Of a stretch of DNA of 33,738 nucleotides, positions 1 through 7,900 are shown piece after piece. Under the pieces are notes generated by a model, which ran no database searches, was not told where the DNA came from, and worked only from the letters and a program-made list of their open reading frames with translations. The stretch comes from Thraustochytrium aureum. Taxonomy: Eukaryota. The position numbers and the translations under genes were made by a program. How positions within the stretch are numbered: the first letter of the stretch is position 1; every line of letters begins with the position of its first letter. Location: the NCBI GenBank assembly GCA_012862495.1, contig BLSG01000402.1, positions 309,701-343,438 of the forward strand, read 5' to 3'.

Positions 1-808
1 ATGATGAGACCCGACGCGGCGTACTCAAACTCGTTCTTAGAGCTTCGCACCGGGATGATGTCGCGCCACGCCGACCCGACGCCGATCTCGTGCCGGCCGC
101 CGTCGTGCTTGAGCTCTGCGCGGAGGGCCTTTATTTTCTCTTCGTACGAGCTCGCCAAAGCGCGGCTCGCCATGGCTTGGCGAGCGCCAACCTTTAGCGT
201 GAATGGCAAGCCGCGGAAGCGAGGCTTGACCACCTCGAGGTGCGTGGCGGTGTTGCTCTTGGTCCCGTAGGAGACCCCAGCATTAACTTTTTCTGTGAAC
301 CCTACCGGATTGTTGAGCGTCATGGAGGTCTCGATGCCGCCGTCCGCGCCTGTACTTGTGACGTACGTTTCTGCCTTGAGGTTGAGCATGCGCTTCTCTC
401 GCACGGTGACAGTAACGTCGGTGAGCTCCATATCGGCTCTGCCGCCATGATTGCCGCCGGGGGCCACGTCGCAGTACACTTCTACAGCTTCAAAAGCGTC
501 CACTTGCTTGAGGTTGCGAAGGGCGCGCATGATGCCCGTGCTGACGTCCCGGACAGTCCGACCGCGTTTGGCTGCCGCGAGCTCCGCATCGATAACGCTC
601 CGCCTGTTCGCACAGACGCAAGGCAGGCAAAGCCGTCCGAACGCGCGTCAGTGCCACCGTGCCCAAAGGCGGACGGACCTCGCTCTCGGGCCGTGCAGCG
701 CGGCTCCACTTACCTCGTCCGAGCGTTCCCGATCACGTGCACCTTCCTGATCCTCAGCGGCCTGCTGAAGATCGGGTCGTCCATCCCGACCTCGTCCCCG
801 TCCTCCAT
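1..808 (-). CDS. SAM50: Sam50/Omp85-family mitochondrial outer-membrane sorting and assembly protein, 5' part. Exon 1 808-714, intron 713-604, exon 2 603-<1, running off the window edge
   Basis: Manual translation. Exon 1 MEDGDEVGMDDPIFSRPLRIRKVHVIGNART, then GTAAGT donor and CAG acceptor, then an open frame RRSVIDAELAAAKRGRTVRDVSTGIMRALRNLKQVDAFEAVEVYCD...DVTVTVREKRMLNLKAETYV...GGIETSMTLNNPVGFTEKVNAGVSYGTKS...SSYEEK...HEIGVGSAWRDI. This matches a POTRA domain followed by the first barrel strands of Sam50. Confidence 0.88.
604..713 (-). other. Spliceosomal GT-AG intron (110 nt, phase 2) in Sam50
   Basis: Minus strand reads AG|GTAAGT at 714/713 and ACAG|G at 604/603. Removing it joins the two Sam50-like frames and removes the in-frame TAA at 712-710. 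Confidence 0.85.
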
Positions 809-1072
809 CCCGGCGCCCTCGCTGCGTGCCGCACTTGGCCGCCGTCGGCCGCCTGAAAGCAAGGAACGAGGCAGCTCCCGAAGAACGCCGCCAAGACGAC
901 CCTGGACGCAAACGGGACTTGAGCGCAATCACCGACGCGGCCTCCAGGACACGCGGCCCCACGCGACTCTGCGCCGCGACGAGAGGGATCGGCCGGCCCT
1001 CCGCCGCCTGCCGCTCTCGACGCTGCACTGCCCTGCCCGCCCGTTCTCGCACGTGATTCCGGGTACCCTCTG

Positions 1073-1385
1073 TGACGTGCGTACGAGCAGAATCAAGTAA
1101 ACGTGCGCGTTGTGCGTGACGCGCGACCTCGCGTGCGGAGACTGGAGTGACGCGAGTCAACGCTATGTGACGTAGTTTCGACGATGAAGGGAGTTTCGCA
1201 ACGTCTATATGAGGGCCATTGACGATGTGTGTGCGTTAGTTGCCTCTCGGTTGGGCGAAACACGGGGGGTCCTGTGACGAGCGTGGACCTGCCGCGAGGG
1301 CGCAGTGACGCAATAAGTCGTGCTGAGACGCCAAAACAACACGGTTTACGTCAAATGTTACGTCTCGAAAGTGAGGCCCGTGACG
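1073..1385. promoter_or_regulatory. Divergent promoter region with a cluster of TGACG/CGTCA (CRE/as-1-like) motifs
   Basis: TGACG at 1073, 1117, 1148, 1168, 1220, 1275, 1306 and 1381, and CGTCA at 1349. The cluster lies between the divergent Sam50 ATG (808) and glycosyltransferase-like ATG (1423). Confidence 0.5.
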
Positions 1386-1422
1386 GACGTTGGTGGGTTG
1401 GCGGCAATGTGTGATCTCGGAC

Positions 1423-3471
1423 ATGAACGGCTCGGACTCGGAGAGGCAGCAGACCGCCGGGAGCGCGCCGTCGCGAGCCACGCCGGCCTTCGCGAGGCCG
1501 GTCGTGTTGGCAATGAAACGCGGCGCTGTTCTTGCACATAGCGGGCATCCCGCTCGCAGAGGTGGAAGCAGGTCGCTCTCGGGCGATTCCGCGACCTCGG
1601 AAAATGCTGGCGCCCAGCTCGGAGCGGCCACCTCGTGCGGGGCGGCTGCCGCGGCGGATGGGCGAGGAAGGACGCGACCCGCCACCAGGCTGCTGCTGCA
1701 AGTCATGCTGTTCGTTGTGGTGGTGTTCAACGTGGTCAGCTTCGTGACGGTGAGTGTGCCGCGCGAGCGCGAGGAAGCCCAGGAGCAGTCCGAGGCGCCG
1801 GCGGCAACCGCGGTCGCGCACGCTGCACATGCTGAGAGCTCATGGCAGCCCAACCCACCAAGTAACGCCCGGCCTCGAGCCGGAGATGCGGGCCTCGACG
1901 GCGTGCACATTACGCACGTTTTCAACACTTTTGTGACAAAAGCGGGATCGCTTCTCGGGAAAGAACATCACATCGTCCAGATGTCCTGGGAGCGAGCCGC
2001 GGCGTTCGCACTCCGCGAGCGCGGAATAAAAGTCGATTTCTTGGACGCTGTTCTACCAGGGGACATGGGGTCAGTTCCGGGGTTTGCACGCACGTACCAA
2101 CTCGAAGACATTCTGGAAGACCCGTTCAACAAGCACAAACTTCCGACCATTGGGGAGATCTTCCGCGCCGGTCGTGATGCCGGCCGCGGCACAATCCTTG
2201 TCTACACGAATGCCGACATTGGGGTGATGGAGGAGTTTTACGTCAAGGTGCTGGAGCTTTCCAAGCTGGACATCAATGACCCGGAGACCCAGCGCGACTT
2301 GTTCGACCAGGTCTTTGGCGTACTGCACTACTGCCTCTCCTACAAGACAGCGGACGCCAAGCTCAACAGCCCGGCGCTCTGCCTGGAGGACGCGAGTGCC
2401 TTTTACAAGCTGCACGGCGGGGCGCCCGAGCTCTTTCCGCACTTTCGCCGCAGCTTGGCCGAGCTCTACATGCAAAACTTGACGCGAGCACAAAGAGGGC
2501 GGGCGACGACCGCACAGCGGGCTCTGTGGTGCACTGCTGCAGGTGGGACGCACGCGGACTGCAGAGCCGCTGCAGAGAAGGACACAGGTGCGGCCTTTAT
2601 CTTCTCGCCTCGCAGGACGGCCTCCGCAAGCCCACCCCCAGAGTCCGCGTTCACCATAACGAGGCTTGACCTGACGGGCGACAGGTCCCTCATCAACGAC
2701 ACTGACGCTGGCCTCCAGCGCCTCCTCAGCACAGCCAAGGCTCAAACACACCCCGGAAATGACTGCTTTGTTATGCCGAGGCTACGCGTTCCAAAAATGC
2801 TTACCAACTCGCGGCATCCGCTCTCGTGGCGGCCCTGGGGGCAGTGGATCCCGTACACGTTTGAATGGGAAGGGAACAATGAGGGCGGCGGCCTGGTGTG
2901 GCGCCGGTTCGAGGGCAGCGACTCGCGCCGGCTCACGTTCCACGTTGGCGTCTCGGGGCGGGTAGCGCAAAACTGGATCACACTGTTCAACAAGCGGCCG
3001 CTCTTCATTCTCCAGCTCGTTGCTGAGTGGAACGAAGTGACGAAAGGCAAGTTTTTGACGCTGTACAAGGTCCCCGATCACTGCAACGACGAGCGGCTGT
3101 ACCGACACTTTCTGTACTGCCAGAGGGGGCCGCCAAACCTCGCCGTTTGCCAGGGCAACGTGCGCCTGGCCTGCGCGCAGTACATGTTCCCGCACCTGCG
3201 CGACCCGTACAACTACGTCCTCGCCTGCGAGCGAATGATCCGCCGGGTTTTTGAAAGGAAGGACCAGCTCTTCGTGGAGCCATTTTGCTCGTTTTGCACG
3301 GGCCTCATGGAGGTCTTCGGATCTACCTCGAGCAAGATTCGCGCTGCGGCGCGCAAGTGCGACTACGAGCATCGCCTTGTCGACTGTTCTCCGGGCAACT
3401 GCGTGTTTCGCCCGACGACCCCGGGAGACCCGGCGCCGCTCAAGCACGCGCTTGCCTACGCCAGTCTTTGA
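1423..3471 (+). CDS. Type II membrane putative glycosyltransferase-like protein
   Basis: Long ORF with first ATG at 1423. Single TM segment LLLQVMLFVVVVFNVVSFVTV, Ala/Pro stem, then LPTIGEIF...ILVYTNADIGVMEEFY and HPGNDCFVMPR motifs resembling a GT-A nucleotide-sugar-binding core, and a Cys-rich C-terminus. The function is inferred. Confidence 0.6.
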   Translation: MNGSDSERQQTAGSAPSRATPAFARPVVLAMKRGAVLAHSGHPARRGGSRSLSGDSATSENAGAQLGAATSCGAAAAADGRGRTRPATRLLLQVMLFVVVVFNVVSFVTVSVPREREEAQEQSEAPAATAVAHAAHAESSWQPNPPSNARPRAGDAGLDGVHITHVFNTFVTKAGSLLGKEHHIVQMSWERAAAFALRERGIKVDFLDAVLPGDMGSVPGFARTYQLEDILEDPFNKHKLPTIGEIFRAGRDAGRGTILVYTNADIGVMEEFYVKVLELSKLDINDPETQRDLFDQVFGVLHYCLSYKTADAKLNSPALCLEDASAFYKLHGGAPELFPHFRRSLAELYMQNLTRAQRGRATTAQRALWCTAAGGTHADCRAAAEKDTGAAFIFSPRRTASASPPPESAFTITRLDLTGDRSLINDTDAGLQRLLSTAKAQTHPGNDCFVMPRLRVPKMLTNSRHPLSWRPWGQWIPYTFEWEGNNEGGGLVWRRFEGSDSRRLTFHVGVSGRVAQNWITLFNKRPLFILQLVAEWNEVTKGKFLTLYKVPDHCNDERLYRHFLYCQRGPPNLAVCQGNVRLACAQYMFPHLRDPYNYVLACERMIRRVFERKDQLFVEPFCSFCTGLMEVFGSTSSKIRAAARKCDYEHRLVDCSPGNCVFRPTTPGDPAPLKHALAYASL

Positions 3472-3632
3472 CGTGCCTGGTCGTGGATGTGAGATTGCGA
3501 TCATCGTGCGGGAGTTGACTCGTCGTAGTTGGTGGACAGGTTCTCCACAGATAATTAAAAAATTGAAGAAAAAGGGATTGCCGATTGCTCGTTGCCCGCT
3601 GGAGGCGATCGCACTGCTTGCGAACCTGCTGC

Positions 3633-4244
3633 CTACTCGGGGCTGCAGGCGATGAAGGCGTCGGCGCGGAACGGCAAGACGCGCGCCTGGTCGACTACAT
3701 ACGTGTGTTTGCGCTCCTCGAGAACCACCTCCACGGTGGCGTTGCCGAGCGTCGCCTCAGCACGGCGGCCCCCGAGGCTGAGCCCAGTCGCTCTGGGCTT
3801 GCCAGAACCCTTCGCCTTGCTTCTATTTCGCTTCGCTCCTCGGATGTCGGCCGACGAGGCAGCGGTGGTCGCCTTTTCGACCGCTGCCTCGGCTTCCGCT
3901 TCGGCTATGATCCGCTTCACGAGCCCAAGGGCCAGGTCCACGACCCGGTCGAGCGTCGCTTGCCTCCGCTGCTCCCCGCCCAGCGAAGGTCTCCTGCCTC
4001 GCTTGGGCACTTTAGGTGCCGCAAAGGCGTCATCCTCGTCCTCCGGGTCCTGGTCCTCCTGCTCCTGCGAGTCGGCGTGAGAGCCTTCCGCGAGCTCGAC
4101 GACTCGGGCGTCTGTGTCGCCAGGTCCGAGGCCGCGCGTGGACTCTCCCTCCGACGCGAGCGTTACAAGCTCAACGTCCCCGAGGTGAACACAGACCGGA
4201 ACGACGCCGCCGGCAACGGCAACGTGATACCGCCTCACCGGCAT
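3633..4244 (-). CDS. Hypothetical protein (~203 aa) with acidic and basic low-complexity loops
   Basis: ORF from ATG 4244 (MPVRRYHVAVAGG...). It has a protein-like alternation of strands and helices with an acidic tract (EQEDQDPEDEDD) and NLS-like KRGRR/KRNRSKAK. It is flanked by AT-richer intergenic DNA on both sides. Confidence 0.55.
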   Translation of the reverse strand: MPVRRYHVAVAGGVVPVCVHLGDVELVTLASEGESTRGLGPGDTDARVVELAEGSHADSQEQEDQDPEDEDDAFAAPKVPKRGRRPSLGGEQRRQATLDRVVDLALGLVKRIIAEAEAEAAVEKATTAASSADIRGAKRNRSKAKGSGKPRATGLSLGGRRAEATLGNATVEVVLEERKHTYVVDQARVLPFRADAFIACSPE

Positions 4245-4342
4245 CCAGCCGCCAAACCCGAGCGAGGTCCACCGCAACAGATCCCGTTTGCTCTCGTCTC
4301 AGGCTGTCCTGCCCTTGCCGCACGCCGCGAGCGCAATGACTC

Positions 4343-4594
4343 TTGACATTCAATATAATAGTATGCTCAGAGGAAAGGGACTCTTGGAAAGCCGTTGAAG
4401 TAGCCCTCAACCGCGCAAAGAGCAAAACGAGCACGAGCGAAAAGCGGAACGGAGTAAGTATTGAATATCAAGACATAACAAGAACTCCTCTTGATTTCAA
4501 TTGAACAATCAATACCTACAGACCAAGGACGTAGTTAAGAATTGATATTCAATAATTATCCCCGCTCAAAGGTTCGCTAAAGCTTGAATATCAA
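4343..4594. promoter_or_regulatory. AT-rich island with TTGA-N(2-4)-TCAA palindromes
   Basis: TTGACATTCAA 4343, TTGAATATCAA 4461, TTGATTTCAA 4491, TTGAACAATCAA 4501, TTGATATTCAA 4542 and TTGAATATCAA 4584, located between divergent genes. Confidence 0.5.
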
Positions 4595-4905
4595 GATCAG
4601 GTCAGGAGTCCAAGGAACAAAGTGAAGCAAGGGAGCATGCGAAAGAATGACCGTTGCGCGCGAGGGCCGAGCAGCAGAACTGGGCAAAGCGGCGGCGAGC
4701 GGCGAAGGCGGCGAAGGCGCTGCTGCCGGCGGAAGGGGAGGGCGCTGCGCCGGAGAGCCGCGAGAGGCCCAGCAGCTCTGGTTCGCTCTCGTGTGGCCTG
4801 GTTTGCTTTGCGTTTCTTGGCGTTCTTTGCTTTGGGCCGTGGGCGACCGCCGAAGCGCGTCCACGACAGGCGCCGCGTGGCCGTGAAACTCCCGCCATCC
4901 GCTCT

Positions 4906-4931
4906 GGCGGCGGCGGCGGCGGCGGCGGCGG
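4906..4931 (+). repeat. (GGC)n microsatellite in the presumed 5' leader
   Basis: Run of about 8 GGC units about 30 nt upstream of ATG 4961. Confidence 0.85.
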
Positions 4932-4960
4932 TAGAGCAGGAACTGGTGCGGTTTCCGACG

Positions 4961-7900
4961 ATGGGCGACTCGGAGTTTAGCAAGATGGCTGCTGAGTTTA
5001 GGTCGGCCGCCGCTGGCGGGCAAGAGGACGGCGGTGGGAAACCGAAGCAGAAAAAAGCGCCTTCGTCTGCCAGCAAGGTCGGAGCCGCGAGGCCGAAAAC
5101 GAAGAGCGGCGCTGCAAAGGCGAAAGAAGGAGAGCAAGGCACCCAAAGCAAAGTACAGCGTAGGCACTAGGCTAGAAGCAAAGGTTGACGCTTGGGAAGC
5201 ATACTTCAAGGGTGTAGTCTTAGCCGTCAATCCAGACCTGTCGTACAACATGGCTTTTGACGACGGTGAGATCGTTGAGACCGTTCTCGAGTCACAGACC
5301 CGTTTCGAAGAGCCATTATGCAGCTTCAAAGCAGGCGACAAGGTCGAGGCAAAACTCGAGCACTGGAATCAATTCTACTGTGGCACTGTTGACAAAGTCG
5401 CAGGTCTTGGAACTTACAAGGTAACCTTTGAAGACGGCGAGGTCATCGAGAACGTCCCGTGGGACTTGATGAAAGCTGCAGACGGTGCCAACTCGAAGGG
5501 CCTTCCGACCACAGCAGAAGCTGCAGAAGCGATTGCTGGTGCAGCCTTTTCTCTGGGGGAACGCGTATCCGCCAAGGTCGCTGGGTGGCAGGAGTATTTC
5601 AAGGGAGTCGTGTCGGCTGTAAACGCTGGTCCAGCTTACCGTATAGCGTTCGACGACGGGGAAGTCGTCGAGCAGGTTCTCGAGTCCCAAATGAAAAGGG
5701 ACGAACAGCATGTCCAATACGCTGTTGGCGACCGGGTTGAGGCTCGTCTCCCAGGTTGGGACAAGTATTACGGGGGTAAAGTCGAGTCATTTGCAGGTAA
5801 AGGCACGTACAGGGTTGCCTTTGACGATGGCGAGGTTGTGCCCATTTTGGCTTGGGATCTCCTTCGCAAAGAGCGGCCAAAACTATTCCCGCGCAACACG
5901 CGTGTAATGGCGACGATTCCGGCTTGGAAAGACTTTTATCCAGGGACAGTACAATCGGCGAATCTCAATGGGACCTATGAAATTTTGTTCGATGATGGCG
6001 ATTTGCAAGACGCCGTGGATCACACGTCTGTCAGAAAGCTTGAGCCTGCGCCTCAGCAGACGAGTGTTCCTGACCCCCATGCCTATCAAGNNNNNNNNNN
6101 NNNNNNNNNNNNNNNNNNNNNNNNNNNNNNNNNNNNNNNNNNNNNNNNNNNNNNNNNNNNNNNNNNNNNNNNNNNNNNNNNNNNNNNNNNNNNNNNNNNN
6201 NNNNNNNNNNNNNNNNNNNNNNNNNNNNNNNNNNNNNNNNNNNNNNNNNNNNNNNNNNNNNNNNNNNNNNNNNNNNNNNNNNNNNNNNNNNNNNNNNNNN
6301 NNNNNNNNNNNNNNNNNNNNNNNNNNNNNNNNNNNNNNNNNNNNNNNNNNNNNNNNNNNNNNNNNNNNNNNNNNNNNNNNNNNNNNNNNNNNNNNNNNNN
6401 NNNNNNNNNNNNNNNNNNNNNNNNNNNNNNNNNNNNNNNNNNNNNNNNNNNNNNNNNNNNNNNNNNNNNNNNNNNNNNNNNNNNNNNNNNNNNNNNNNNN
6501 NNNNNNNNNNNNNNNNNNNNNNNNNNNNNNNNNNNNNNNNNNNNNNNNNNNNNNNNNNNNNNNNNNNNNNNNNNNNNNNNNNNNNNNNNNNNNNNNNNNN
6601 NNNNNNNNNNNNNNNNNNNNNNNNNNNNNNNNNNNNNNNNNNNNNNNNNNNNNNNNNNNNNNNNNNNNNNNNNNNNNNNNNNNNNNNNNNNNNNNNNNNN
6701 NNNNNNNNNNNNNNNNNNNNNNNNNNNNNNNNNNNNNNNNNNNNNNNNNNNNNNNNNNNNNNNNNNNNNNNNNNNNNNNNNNNNNNNNNNNNNNNNNNNN
6801 NNNNNNAGCGCAACTGACGAACATGCATCCGAGGGACTGAAAGTCTCGAAATCCCCAGAGCCACCAACGTCTGAAGGACAAACCCACAACGCTTCAATAG
6901 AGCCGACTCCCATTTTCGAGCAAGCAGAAATGCAAAGTGGAGAAGCGGTCCAACAACTATTGCCCAGCTCTAGTACCACGCCCGCACAAGCTCTAGCGGC
7001 GGTCGCCTCCACGTCCGCGGACTTGCAACGACCGAACCAGGATGCAAAGCGTAGCGACGATCAGTCCAGCGCAGAAATCCTCGGCTTTGGGGGAGCAAGC
7101 GTCGGACCCGGAGACGAAGCGTTACCGACACAATACCCTGAAGCTCTAGCCAGCGCGAACAGTGCACGCAGTGCACCCAAACTGCCACCCGGCAGGGACG
7201 ATCGAACAGCAGCTCTCCCGGACTTGCCGCCACAGCAATCTCGTCAAGTTCTCGTCTGCCACTTGAAGGGGCTGCTTGTTGCAAAGGGACGCACCAGAAA
7301 TGGGTCGGTTGATCCCTCCCGCGCAACGCGCCCGTTTACAAAGCGTGCTTCGGGGGGCGGTTTGCTCAGTATCGACGACTTTCGGCAAGGACTTGTCGAC
7401 CTCGGCATGCAAAGCCTGAGTCCCGGGGAGTTGCGCGCAGTGAAGGAGACCATGGCACCCGGATCAGGGGATTCGGTAGAGTTGAGAGCGATAGAGTCTT
7501 TTGCGAACGCAACCTGTGATGGACGCGGCAAGACCAGCGAACTCGAAGACAAAATTCGGCGGCTCGTCTCCAACATCAAAGAGCTCCCCAAGACCTTCCG
7601 GGAATTCGACCTTGATGGTTCCGGCAAAGTAAGCGCAGAAGAACTGCGTCGCGTTTTTGCGTCTGTCTCTGGAGACAGCATGCAGGCCTCAGAGGCCGAG
7701 GCGATTGTCCGCCAGTTTGACCTGAACGGGGACATGCAGCTTGATGAGGCAGAGTTCACGAGGTTCGTGATTCCGCACTTCCCGCTCTACGTTATGACAC
7801 CGGCAGGGCTCGTCTTCGTTGCACTTGACCCGACGCAAACGCTTGGTGAAGCTCGCAAAGTAATTCATCGACGCGTCGGGTTGGTTTTGGGGCCCTCGGC

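Noticed and set aside
1..1100. Plus-strand ORFs 1..270 and 240..1100
   Set aside because: Antisense shadows of the spliced Sam50 gene and its promoter; no recognisable motifs.
3585..4346. 253-aa plus-strand ORF
   Set aside because: Arg-rich, non-ATG start, and overlaps the more protein-like minus-strand ORF.
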